Positions 40,901 through 55,900 of a DNA stretch of 64,000 bases are shown here, one piece after another. The position numbers and the translations under genes were made by a program. Each line of letters starts with the position of its first letter. Positions within the stretch are counted from its first letter, which is position 1. The notes under the pieces were generated by a model. The model made no database searches and was not told the DNA's origin. It saw only the letters and a list, made by a program, of their open reading frames with translations. The stretch comes from Eledone cirrhosa (taxonomy: Eukaryota): NCBI GenBank assembly GCA_964016885.1, contig OZ024740.1:24676001-24740000 (forward strand), read 5' to 3'.

Positions 40901-43900
40901 TGGTCTTCCATACAACTGAGACTGTATATGGAAGACCGTCCCTTTCAATGGCATCTCATGTCGAAAGGTTGGTCTTCCATACAACTGACACTGTATATGG
41001 AAGACCGTCCACTTTGATGGCATCTCATGTCGAACAGTTTGTCTTCCATACAACTGACATTGTATATGGAAGACCGTCCCTTTCAATGGCATCTCATGTC
41101 GAACGGTTAGTATTCCATACAACTGACACTGTATATGGAAGACCGTCCCATTCAATGGCATCTCATGTCGAACAGTTTGTCTTCCATACAACTGACACTT
41201 TATATGGAAGACCGTCCCTTTCAATAGCATCTCATGTCGAACGGTTGGTCTTCCATAGATCTGACACTCTATATGGAAGACCGTCCCATTCAATGGCATC
41301 TCATGTCGAACGGTTGGTATTCCATACAACTGACACTGTATATGGAAGACCGTCCCTTTCATGGCATCTCATGTCGAACGGTTGGCCTTCCATTCAACTG
41401 CCACTGTATATGGAAGACCGCCCCATTCAATGGCATCTCATGTCGAACGGTTTGTCTTCGATACAACTGACACTGTATATGGAAGACCGTCCCATTCAAT
41501 GGCATATCATGTCCAACACTTTGTCTTCCATACAACTGATACTTTATATGGAAGACCGTCCCTTTCAATAGCATCTCATGTCGAACGGTTGGTCTTCCAT
41601 ACAACTGACACTGTATATGGGAGATCGACCCTTTCAATGGCATCACATGTCGAACGGTTGGTCTGCCATACAACTGACACTTTATATGGAAGCACGTCCC
41701 TTTCAATGGCATCTCATGTCGAACGGTTGGTCTTCCATACAACTGAAACTGTATATGGAAGAACGTCCCTTTCAATGGCATCTCATGTCGAACGGTTGGT
41801 CGTCCATACAACTGACACTGTATATGGAAGACCGTCCCTTTCAATGGCATCTCATGGCGAACAGTTGGTCTTCCATACAACTGACATTGTATATGGAAGA
41901 CCGTCCCTTTCAATGGCATCTTATGTCGAACGGTTGGTCTTCCATACAACTGACACTGTATATGGATGAACATCCCATTCAATGGTATCTCCTGTCGAGC
42001 GGTTGGTCTTCCATACAATTGACACTCTATTTGGAAGACCGTCCCTTTCAATGGCATCTTATGTCGAACGGTTGGTCTTCCATACAACTGAGACTGTATA
42101 TGGAAGACCGTCCCTTTCAATGGCATCTCATGTCGAAAGATTAGTCTTCCATACAACTGACACTGTATATGGAAGACCGTCCACTTCGATGGCATCTCAT
42201 GTCGAACAGTTTGTCTTCCATACAACTGACATTGTATATGGAAGACCGTCCCTTTCAATGGCATCTCATGTCGAACGGTTAGTATTCCATACAACTGACA
42301 CTGTATATGGAAGACCGTCCCATTCAATGGCATCTCATGTCAAACAGTTTGTCGTCCATTCAACTGACACTTTATATGGAAGACCGTCCCTTTCAATGGC
42401 ATCTCATGTCGAACGGTTGGTCTTCCATACAACTGACACTGTAGATGGATGACCGTCCCTTTCAATGGCATCTCATGGCGAACGGTTGGTCTTCAATACA
42501 ACTGATATTGTATATGGAAGACCGTCCCTTTCAATGGCATCTTATGTCGAACGGTTGGTCTTCCATACAACTGACACTGTATATGGAAGACCCTCAATTT
42601 CAATGACATCTCATGTCGAACACTTTCTCTTCCATACAACTGACATTTTATATGGAAGCACGTCCCTTTCAATGGCATCTCATGTCGAACGGTTGGTCTT
42701 CCATACAACTGACACTGTATATGGAAGAACGTCCCTTTCAATGGCATCTCATGTCGAACGGTTGGTCTTCCATACGACTGACACTATATATGGAAGACCG
42801 TCCCTTTCAATGGCATCTCATGTCGAACGGTTGGTCTTCCATACAACTGACACTGTATATGGAAGACCGTCTCTTTCAATGGCATCTCATGTCGAACGGT
42901 TGGTCTTCCATACAACTGACACTGTAGATGGATGACCGTCCCTTTCAATGGCATCTCATGGCGAACGGTTGGTCTTCAATACAACTGATATTGTAAATGG
43001 AAGTCCGTCCCTTTCAATGGCATCTTATGTCGAACGGATGGTCTTCCATACAACTGACACTGTATATGGAAGACTGTCCACTTCAATGGCATCTCATGTC
43101 GAACGGTTGCTCTGCCATACAACTGACACTGTATATGGATGACTATCCCATTCAATGGCATCTCATGCCGAAAGGTTGGTCTTCCATACAACTGACACTG
43201 TATATGGAAGACCGTCCATTTCAATGGCATCTTATGTCGAACGGTTGGTCTTCCATACAACTGACACTGTATATGGAAGACCGTCCCTTTCAATGGCATC
43301 TCATGTCGAACGGTTGTTATTCCATACAACTGACACTGTATATGGAAGACCGTCCCTTTCAATGTCATCTCTTGGCGAATGGTTGGACTTCCATACAACT
43401 TACACTGCATATGGAAGACCGTCCCTTTCAATGGCATCACATGTCAAACGGTTGGTCTTCCATACAACTGCCACTTTATATGGATGACTATCCCATTCAA
43501 TGTCATCTCATGCCGAACGGTTGGCCTTCCATACAACTGACACTGTATATGGAAGACCGTCCATTTCAATGGCATATTATGTCGAACGCTTTGTCTTCCA
43601 TACAACTGACACTTTATATGGAAGACCGTCGCTTTCAATGGCATCTCATGTCGAACGATTTGTCTTCCTTACAACTGACATTTTATGTGGAAGACCACCC
43701 CTTTCAATGCCATCTCATGTTGAACGGTTGGCCTTGCTTAACACTGACACTGTATATGGAAGACCAACCCTTTTAATGCCATCTCATGTCGAACGGTTGG
43801 TCTTCCATACAACTGACACTGTATATGGAAGACCGTCCCTTTCAATGGCAACCCATACAATTGACACTGTATATGAAAGACCGACCTTTCAATGGCATCT

Positions 43901-46900
43901 CATGTCGAAAGTTTGGTCTTCCATACAACTGACACTGTATATGTAAGACCGTCCCTTTCAATGGCATCTCATGGCGAACAGTTGGTCTTCCATACAACTG
44001 AAATTGTATATGGAAGACCGCCCCATTCAATGGCATCTCATGTCGAACGGTTGATCTTCCATACAATTGACACTGTATATGGAAGACCGTCCCTTTCAAT
44101 GGCATATCATGTCGAAAGTTTGGTCTTCCTTACAACTGACACTGTATATGGAAGACCGTTCCTTTCAATGGCATCTCATGTCGAAAACAGTTTGTCATTC
44201 ATACAACTGACATTGTATATGGAAGACCGACCCTTTCAATGGCATCTCATGTCGAACGTTTGGTCTTCCATAGAAATGACACTGTATATGGAAGACCTTC
44301 CCTTTCAATGGCATCTCGTGTCGAACGGTTGGTATTTCATACAACTGACACTGTATATGGAAGACCGTCCCTTTCAATGGCATCTCGTGTCGAACGGTTG
44401 GTCTTCCATACAATTGACACTGTATATGAAAGACCGTCCCTTTCAATGGCATCTCATGTCGAAAGTTTGGTCTTCCTTACAACTGACACTGTATATGGAA
44501 GACCGTCCCTTTTCAATGGCATCTCATGTCGAACGTTTGGTCTTTCATACAACTGACACTGTATATGGAAGACCATCCTTTCAATGACATCTCCTGTCAA
44601 ACGGTTGGTCTTCCATACAATTGACACTGTATATGGAAGACCGTCCCTTTCAATGGCATCTCATGTCTACCGGTTGGTCTTCCATACGACTGACACTGTA
44701 TATGGAAGACCGTCCCATTCAATGGCATCACATGTCGAAAGGTTGGTCTGCCATACAACTGAAACTGTATATGGATGACTGTCCCATTCAATGGCATCTA
44801 ATTTCGAACACTTGGTCTTCCATACAACTGACACTGTATATGGAAGACCGTCCCTTTCAATGGCATCTCATGTCAAACGGTTGGTCTTCCATTCAACTGA
44901 CACTGTATATGGAAGACCGTCCCATTCAATGGCATCTCATATCGAACGGTTGGTCTTCGATACTACTGACGCTGTATATGGAAGACCGTCCCTTTCAATG
45001 GCATATCATGTCGAACGGTTGGGCTTCCATACAACTGACACTGTATATGGAAGACCGTACCTTTCAATCGCATCTCATGTCGAACGGTTGGTCTTCCATA
45101 CAACTGAACCTGTATATGGAAGACCGTCCCATTCAATGGCATCTCAATTCGAACGGTTGGTCTTCCATACAACTGAAACTGTATATGGAAGAACGTTCCA
45201 TTCATTGGCATATCATGTAGAATGGTTGGTCTTCCATACAACTGACTCTGTATATGAAAGACCGCCCCTTTCAATGACCTCTCATGTCGAACAGTTGGTC
45301 TTCTATATAACTGACATTGTATATGGGAGACCGTAGCTTTAAATCGCATCTCATGTCGAACGGTTGGTCTTCCATTCAACTGACACTGTATATGGAAGAA
45401 CGTCCCATTCAATGTCATCCCATGTCGAATGTTTGGTCTTCCATACAACTGACACTGTATATGAAAGACCATCCCTTTCAATGGCATATCATGTCGAACG
45501 GTTGGTCTTCCATACAACTGGTACTGTATATGGAAGACCGTCCCTTTCAATGGCATATCATGTCGAACGGTTGGTCTTCCATACAATTGACACTGTATAT
45601 GGAAGACCGTTCCATCCATTGGCCTCTCATGTCGTACGGTTCGTATTCCATACATCTGACACTGTATATGAAAGACCATCCCTTTCAATGGCATCTCATG
45701 TTTAACTGTTTGTCTTCTATACAACAGACACTCTATATGGAAGACCGTCCCATTTAATGGCATCTCTTGTCGAACGGTTTGCTTCCATACAACTGACACT
45801 GTATATGGATGACCGTCCTATTCAATGGCATCTCATGTCGAATGGTTGGTCTTTCATACAACTGACACTGTATATGTAAGACGGTCCCTTTCAATGGCAT
45901 CTCATGTCGAACCGTTGAACTTCCATACAACTGACACTGTATATGGAAGACCGTCCCTTTCAATGGCATCTCATGTCGAACTGTTGTTCTTCCATACAAT
46001 TCACACTGTATATGGAAGACCGTCCCTTTCAATGGCACATCATGTCGAACGTTTGGGCTTCCATACAACTGACACTGTATATGGAAGACCGTCCCTTTCA
46101 ATGGCATCTTATGTCGAACGTTTGGTCTTCCATACAACTGAGACTGTATATGGGAGACGGTCCCTTTCAATGGCATCTCATGTCGAACGTTTAGTCGTCC
46201 ATACAACTGACACTGTATATGAAAGACCGTCCTTTCAATGGCATCTCATGTCGAACGGTTGGTATTCCATACATCTGACACTGTATATGAAAGACCATCC
46301 CTTTCAATGGCATATCATGTCGAACGGTTGGTCTTCCATACATCTGACACTGTATATGGAAGACCGTCACATTCAGTGGCATCTTATTGCGAACGGTTGG
46401 TCTTCCATACAACATACACTGTATATGGAAGACCTTACATTTCAATGGCATCTCATGTTTAACTGTTTGTCTTCATACAACAGACACTCTATATGGAAGA
46501 CCGTCCCATTTAATGGCATCTCATGTCGAACGGTTTGTTTTCCATACAACTGACACTGTATATGGAAGAACGTCCCTTTCAATGGCATCTTATGTCGAAC
46601 CGTTGGTCTTCAAATACAACTGACACTGTATATGGATGACCGTCCTATTCAATGGCATCTCATGTCGAATGGTTGGTCTTTCATACAACTGAGTCTGTAT
46701 ATGGAAGACCGCCAATTTCAATGGCATCTCATGTCGAAGGGTACGTCTTCCATACGACTGACACTGTATATGGAAGACCGTTCCATTCAATGCCATCTCA
46801 TGTCGAACGGTTGGTCTTCCATACAACTGACACTGTATATGAAAGACCGGCCGTTTCAATTGCATATCATGTCGAACGGTTGGATCTTCCATACAACTGA

Positions 46901-49900
46901 CACTGTATATGGAAGACCGTCCCTTTCAAATACATCTCATGTTGAACGGTTGGTCTTCCATACAACTGACACTGTATATGTAAGACCGTCCCTTTCAATA
47001 GCATCTTATGTCGAACGTTTGGTCTTCCATACAACTGACACTGTATATGGAAGACGGTCCCTTTCAATGGCACCTCATGTCGAACCGTTGATCTTCCATA
47101 CAACTGACACTCTATATGGAAGTCCGTCCTTTTCAATGTCATCTCATGTCGAACGGTTGGTCTTCCATACAAGTGACACTGTATATGGAAGACTGTCCCT
47201 TTCAATGGCCTCTCATGTCGAACGGTTGGTCTTCCATTCAACTGACAATGTATATGGAAGACCGTCCCTTTCAATGGCAACTCATGTCGAACAGTTGGTC
47301 TTCATACAACTGACAGTGTATATGGAAGACCGTCCCTTTCAATCGCATCTCATGTAGAACGGTTGGTCTTACATACAACTGACTCTGAATATGAAGACCG
47401 TCCCTTTCAATGGCATCTCATGTCGAACGGTTGGTCTTCCATACAACTGACACTGTATATGAAAGACCGGCAGTTTCAATGGCATATCATGTAGAATGGT
47501 TGGTCTTCCATACAACTGACTCTGTATATGAAAGACCGCCCCTTTAAATGGAATCTCATGTCGAACTGTTGGTCTTCCATTCAACTAACACTGTATATGG
47601 AAGACCGTACCTTTCAATGGCATCTCATTTCGAACGGTTGATCTTCCATTCAACTGACATTGTATATGGAAGACCTTCCCTTTCAATGACCTCTCATGTC
47701 AAACAGTTGGTCTTCTATATAACTGACACTGTATATGGGAGACCGTCGCTTTAAATCGCATCTCATGTCGAACGGTTGGTCTTCCATACAACTGACACTG
47801 TATATGGGAGACCGTCCCTTTCAACGTCATTTCATGTCGAAGGCTTGGTCTTCCATACAACTGACAGTGTATATGTAAGACCGTTTCAATCAATGGGATC
47901 TCATGTCGAACGATTGGTCTTCCATACAACTGACACTGTATATGAAAGATCGTCCCTTTCAATGGCATATCATGTCGAACGGTTGGTCTTCCATACAATT
48001 GACACTGTATATGGAAGACCGTTCCATTCATTGGCCTCTCATGTCGAACGGTTGGTATTCCATACATCTGACACTGTATATGAAAGACCATCCCTTTCAA
48101 TGGCATATCATGTCGAACGGTTGGTCTTCCATACAACTGGCACTGTATATGGAAGACCGTCCCATTCAATGGCATCTCATGTCGAACGGTTGATTTTCCA
48201 TACATCTGACACTGTATATGGAAGACCGTCACATTCAATGGCATCTTATGGCGAACGGTTGGTCTTCCATATAACAGACACTGTATATGGAAGACCTTCC
48301 CTTTCAATGGCATCTCATGTCGAACTGTTGGTCTTCCATACAACAGACACTCTATATGGAAGACCGTCCCATTCAATGGCATCTCATGTCGAACGGTTGG
48401 TCTTCCATTCAACTGGCACTGTATATGGAAGACCGGCCCTTTCAATGGCATCTCATGTCGAACGGTTGGTCTTCCATACAACTGACACTGTATATGGAAG
48501 AACGTCCCTTTCACTGGCATCTCATGTCGTACAGTTGATATTCAATACAACTGTCACTGTATATGGAAGACCGTCCCTTTCAATAGCATCCTATTTCGAA
48601 CGTTTGGTCTTCCATACAACTGACACTGTATATGTAAGACGGTCCCTTTCAATGGCATCTCATGTCGAACTGTTGTTCTTCCATACAATTCACACTGTAT
48701 ATGGAAGACCGTCCCTTTCAATGGCACATCATATCGAACGTTTGGGCTTCCATACAACTGACACTGTATATGGGAGACGGTCCCTTTCAATGGCATCTCA
48801 TGTCGAACGGTTGGTCTTCCATACAACTGACACTGTATATGAAAGACCGTCTCTCTCAATGGCATCTCATGTAGAATGGTTGGTCTTCCATACAACTGAC
48901 AGTGTATATGGAAGACCGTCCCTTTCAATGGCATCTCATGTCGAATGTTTGTTATTCCATACAACTGACACTGTATATGAAAGACCATCCCTTTCAATGG
49001 CATATCATTTCGGACGATTGGTCTTCCATACAACTGACACTGTATATGGAAGACGGTCCTTTTCAATGGCATCTCATGTCGAACCGTTGGTCTTCCATAC
49101 AACTGACACTGTATATGAAAGACCGTCCTTTCAATGGCATCACATGTCGAACGGTTGGTCTTTATACAACTGACACTATATATGAAAGACCGTCCATTTC
49201 AATGGCATATCATGTCGAAAGCTTTGTCTTCCATATAACGGACACTGTATATGGAAGACCGTCCCTTTCAATGGCATCTCATGTCGAACGGTTGGTCTTC
49301 CATTCAACTGACATTTTATATGGAAGACCGTCTCTTTCAATGGCATCTCATGTCGAACGGTTGGTCTTCCATTCAACTGACACTGTATATGGAAGGCCGT
49401 TCCTTTCAATGGCATCTCATGTCGAACAGTTGGTCTTCCATTCATCTGACACTGTATAGGGAAGACCGTCCCTTTCAATCGCATCTCATGTCGAACGGTT
49501 GCTCTTCCATACAACTGACACTCTATATGGAAGACCGTCCCTTTCAATGGCATCTCATGTCGAAGGCTTGGTCTTCCATACAACTGACTCTGTATATGAA
49601 AGCCCATCCCTTTCAATGGCATATCATGTCGAACCGTTGGTCTTCCATACAACTGACACTGTATATGGAACACGGTCACTTTCAATGGCATCTCATGTCG
49701 AACCGCTGGTCTTCCATACAACTGACACTCTATATGGAAGACCGTCCCTTTCAATGGCATCTCATGTCGAACGGTTGGTCTTCCATTCATCTGACACTGT
49801 ATATGGAAGACCGTCCCTTTCAATCGCGTCTCATGTCGAACGGTTGCTCTTCCATACAACTGACACTCTATATGGAAGACCGACGCTTACAATGGCATAT

Positions 49901-52900
49901 CATGTCGAACGGTTGGTCTTCCATACAACTGACACTGTATATGAAAGCCCATCCCTTTCAATGGCATATCATGTCGAAGGCTTGGTCTTCCATACAACTG
50001 ACACTGTATATGAAAGACTATCCCTTTCAATGGCATCTCATGTCGAACGGTTGCTCTTCCATACAACTGACACTCTATATGGAAGACCGTCCCTTTCAAT
50101 GGCATCTCATGTCGAACGGTTGGTCTTCCATACAACTGAAACTGTATATAGAAGACCGTTCTTTCAATGGCATCTCATATCGAACCGTTGGTCTTCCATA
50201 CAACTGACACTGTAGATGGAAGACCGTCCTTTTCAAGGGCATCTCATGTTGAAAGGTTGGTCTTCCATACAACTGACACTGTACATGGAAGACGGTTCCT
50301 TTCAATGGCATCTCATGTCAAACGGTTTGTCTTTCATACAACTGACACTGTATATGGAAGACCGTTCCATTCAATGGCATCTCATGTCGAACGGTTAGTC
50401 TTCCATTCAACTGATACTGTATATGGAAGACCGTCCCTTTCAATGGCATCTCATGTCGAACCGTTGGTCTTCCATACAACTGACACTGTAGATGGAAGAC
50501 CGTCCTTTTCAAGGGCATCTCATGTTGAAAGGTTGGTCTTCCAGACAACTGACACTGTATATGAAAGACCGTCTCTTTCAATGCCATCTCATGTACAAGG
50601 GTTGGTCTTCCATACAACTGACAGTGTATATGGAAGACCGTCCCTTTCAATGGCATCTCATGTCGAACCTTTGTTATTCCATACAACTGACACTGTATAT
50701 GAAAGTCCATCCCTTTCAATGGCATATCATTTCGAACAATTGGCCCTTCATACAACTGACATCGTATATGGAAGACGGTCCCTTTCAATGGCATATCATG
50801 TCGAACCGTTGGTCTTCCATACAACTGACACTCTATATGGAAGACCGTCCCTTTTAATGGCATCTCATGTCGAACGGTTTGTCTTCCATACAACGGACAC
50901 TGTATATGGAAGACCGTCCCTTTCAATGGAATCTCATGTCGAACGGTTGGTATTCAATTCAACTGACTCTGTATATGGAAGACCGTCACTTTCAATGGCA
51001 TCTTATGTCGAACGTTTGGTCTTCCATACAACTGACACTGTATATGAAAGACCGGCCGTTTCAATTGCATATCATGTCGAACGGTTGGATCTTCCATACA
51101 ACTGACACTGTATATGGAAGACCGTCCCTTTCAAATACATCTCATGTTGAACGGTTGGTCTTCCATACAACTGACACTGTATATGTAAGACCGTCCCTTT
51201 CAATAGCATCTTATGTCGAACGTTTGGTCTTCCATACAACTGACACTGTATATGGAAGACGGTCCCTTTCAATGGCACCTCATGTCGAACCGTTGATCTT
51301 CCATACAACTGACACTCTATATGGAAGTCCGTCCTTTTCAATGTCATCTCATGTCGAACGGTTGGTCTTCCATACAAGTGACACTGTATATGGAAGACTG
51401 TCCCTTTCAATGGCCTCTCATGTCGAACGGTTGGTCTTCCATTCAACTGACAATGTATATGGAAGACCGTCCCTTTCAATGGCAACTCATGTCGAACAGT
51501 TGGTCTTCATACAACTGACAGTGTATATGGAAGACCGTCCCTTTCAATCGCATCTCATGTAGAACGGTTGGTCTTACATACAACTGACTCTGAATATGAA
51601 GACCGTCCCTTTCAATGGCATCTCATGTCGAACGGTTGGTCTTCCATACAACTGACACTGTATATGAAAGACCGGCAGTTTCAATGGCATATCATGTAGA
51701 ATGGTTGGTCTTCCATACAACTGACTCTGTATATGAAAGACCGCCCCTTTAAATGGAATCTCATGTCGAACTGTTGGTCTTCCATTCAACTAACACTGTA
51801 TATGGAAGACCGTACCTTTCAATGGCATCTCATTTCGAACGGTTGATCTTCCATTCAACTGACATTGTATATGGAAGACCTTCCCTTTCAATGACCTCTC
51901 ATGTCAAACAGTTGGTCTTCTATATAACTGACACTGTATATGGGAGACCGTCGCTTTAAATCGCATCTCATGTCGAACGGTTGGTCTTCCATACAACTGA
52001 CACTGTATATGGGAGACCGTCCCTTTCAACGTCATTTCATGTCGAAGGCTTGGTCTTCCATACAACTGACAGTGTATATGTAAGACCGTTTCAATCAATG
52101 GGATCTCATGTCGAACGATTGGTCTTCCATACAACTGACACTGTATATGAAAGATCGTCCCTTTCAATGGCATATCATGTCGAACGGTTGGTCTTCCATA
52201 CAATTGACACTGTATATGGAAGACCGTTCCATTCATTGGCCTCTCATGTCGAACGGTTGGTATTCCATACATCTGACACTGTATATGAAAGACCATCCCT
52301 TTCAATGGCATATCATGTCGAACGGTTGGTCTTCCATACAACTGGCACTGTATATGGAAGACCGTCCCATTCAATGGCATCTCATGTCGAACGGTTGATT
52401 TTCCATACATCTGACACTGTATATGGAAGACCGTCACATTCAATGGCATCTTATGGCGAACGGTTGGTCTTCCATATAACAGACACTGTATATGGAAGAC
52501 CTTCCCTTTCAATGGCATCTCATGTCGAACTGTTGGTCTTCCATACAACAGACACTCTATATGGAAGACCGTCCCATTCAATGGCATCTCATGTCGAACG
52601 GTTGGTCTTCCATTCAACTGGCACTGTATATGGAAGACCGGCCCTTTCAATGGCATCTCATGTCGAACGGTTGGTCTTCCATACAACTGACACTGTATAT
52701 GGAAGAACGTCCCTTTCACTGGCATCTCATGTCGTACAGTTGATATTCAATACAACTGTCACTGTATATGGAAGACCGTCCCTTTCAATAGCATCCTATT
52801 TCGAACGTTTGGTCTTCCATACAACTGACACTGTATATGTAAGACGGTCCCTTTCAATGGCATCTCATGTCGAACTGTTGTTCTTCCATACAATTCACAC

Positions 52901-55900
52901 TGTATATGGAAGACCGTCCCTTTCAATGGCACATCATATCGAACGTTTGGGCTTCCATACAACTGACACTGTATATGGGAGACGGTCCCTTTCAATGGCA
53001 TCTCATGTCGAACGGTTGGTCTTCCATACAACTGACACTGTATATGAAAGACCGTCTCTCTCAATGGCATCTCATGTAGAATGGTTGGTCTTCCATACAA
53101 CTGACAGTGTATATGGAAGACCGTCCCTTTCAATGGCATCTCATGTCGAATGTTTGTTATTCCATACAACTGACACTGTATATGAAAGACCATCCCTTTC
53201 AATGGCATATCATTTCGGACGATTGGTCTTCCATACAACTGACACTGTATATGGAAGACGGTCCTTTTCAATGGCATCTCATGTCGAACCGTTGGTCTTC
53301 CATACAACTGACACTGTATATGAAAGACCGTCCTTTCAATGGCATCACATGTCGAACGGTTGGTCTTTATACAACTGACACTATATATGAAAGACCGTCC
53401 ATTTCAATGGCATATCATGTCGAAAGCTTTGTCTTCCATATAACGGACACTGTATATGGAAGACCGTCCCTTTCAATGGCATCTCATGTCGAACGGTTGG
53501 TCTTCCATTCAACTGACATTTTATATGGAAGACCGTCTCTTTCAATGGCATCTCATGTCGAACGGTTGGTCTTCCATTCAACTGACACTGTATATGGAAG
53601 GCCGTTCCTTTCAATGGCATCTCATGTCGAACAGTTGGTCTTCCATTCATCTGACACTGTATAGGGAAGACCGTCCCTTTCAATCGCATCTCATGTCGAA
53701 CGGTTGCTCTTCCATACAACTGACACTCTATATGGAAGACCGTCCCTTTCAATGGCATCTCATGTCGAAGGCTTGGTCTTCCATACAACTGACTCTGTAT
53801 ATGAAAGCCCATCCCTTTCAATGGCATATCATGTCGAACCGTTGGTCTTCCATACAACTGACACTGTATATGGAACACGGTCACTTTCAATGGCATCTCA
53901 TGTCGAACCGCTGGTCTTCCATACAACTGACACTCTATATGGAAGACCGTCCCTTTCAATGGCATCTCATGTCGAACGGTTGGTCTTCCATTCATCTGAC
54001 ACTGTATATGGAAGACCGTCCCTTTCAATCGCGTCTCATGTCGAACGGTTGCTCTTCCATACAACTGACACTCTATATGGAAGACCGACGCTTACAATGG
54101 CATATCATGTCGAACGGTTGGTCTTCCATACAACTGACACTGTATATGAAAGCCCATCCCTTTCAATGGCATATCATGTCGAAGGCTTGGTCTTCCATAC
54201 AACTGACACTGTATATGAAAGACTATCCCTTTCAATGGCATCTCATGTCGAACGGTTGCTCTTCCATACAACTGACACTCTATATGGAAGACCGTCCCTT
54301 TCAATGGCATCTCATGTCGAACGGTTGGTCTTCCATACAACTGAAACTGTATATAGAAGACCGTTCTTTCAATGGCATCTGATATCGAACCGTTGGTCTT
54401 CCATACAACTGACACTGTAGATGGAAGACCGTCCTTTTCAAGGGCATCTCATGTTGAAAGGTTGGTCTTCCATACAACTGACACTGTACATGGAAGACGG
54501 TTCCTTTCAATGGCATCTCATGTCAAACGGTTTGTCTTTCATACAACTGACACTGTATATGGAAGAACGTTCCATTCAATGGCATCTCATGTCGAACGGT
54601 TAGTCTTCCATTCAACTGATACTGTATATGGAAGACCGTCCCTTTCAATGGCATCTCATGTCGAACCGTTGGTCTTCCATACAACTGACACTGTAGATGG
54701 AAGACCGTCCTTTTCAAGGGCATCTCATGTTGAAAGGTTGGTCTTCCAGACAACTGACACTGTATATGAAAGACCGTCTCTTTCAATGCCATCTCATGTA
54801 CAAGGGTTGGTCTTCCATACAACTGACAGTGTATATGGAAGACCGTCCCTTTCAATGGCATCTCATGTCGAACCTTTGTTATTCCATACAACTGACACTG
54901 TATATGAAAGTCCATCCCTTTCAATGGCATATCATTTCGAACGATTGGCCCTTCATACAACTGACATCGTATATGGAAGACGGTCCCTTTCAATGGCATA
55001 TCATGTCGAACCGTTGGTCTTCCATACAACTGACACTCTATATGGAAGACCGTCCCTTTTAATGGCATCTCATGTCGAACGGTTTGTCTTCCATACAACG
55101 GACACTGTATATGGAAGACCGTCCCTTTCAATGGAATCTCATGTCGAACGGTTGGTATTCAATTCAACTGACTCTGTATATGGAAGACCGTCACTTTCAA
55201 TGGCATCTTATGTCGAACGTTTGGTCTTCCATACAACTGACACTGTAAATGGAAGACGGTCCCTTTCAATGGCATCTCATGTCGAACCGTTGGTCTTCCA
55301 TACAACTGACACTCTATATGGAAGACCGTCCCTTTCAATGTCATCTCATGTCGAACGGTTGGTCTTCCATACAACTGACACTGTATATGGAATACCGTCC
55401 CTTTCAATGGCATCTCATGTCGAACGTTTGGTCTTTCATACAACTGACACTGTATATGGAAGACGGTCCCTTTCAATGCCATCTCATGTCGAAACGTTGG
55501 TCTTCCATACAACTGACACTCTATATGGAAGACCGTCCCTTTCAATGTCATCTCATATCGAACGGTTGGTCTTCTATACAACTGACACTGTATATGGAAG
55601 AAAGTCCCTTTCAATGGCATCTCATGTCGAACGGTTGGTCTTCCAACAACTGACTCTGTATATGGAAGACCGCCCCTTTCAATGGCATATCATGTCGAAC
55701 GGTTGGTCTTCCATACAACTGACACTGTATATGGAAGACCGTTCCTTTCAATGGCATCTCATGTCGAACGGTTGGTCTTCCATACAACTGACTCTGTATA
55801 TGGAAGACCGTCCCTTTCAATGGCATCTCATGTCGAATGGTTTGTCTTCCATACAACGGACACTCTATATGGAAGACCGTCCCTTTCAATTGCATCTCAT

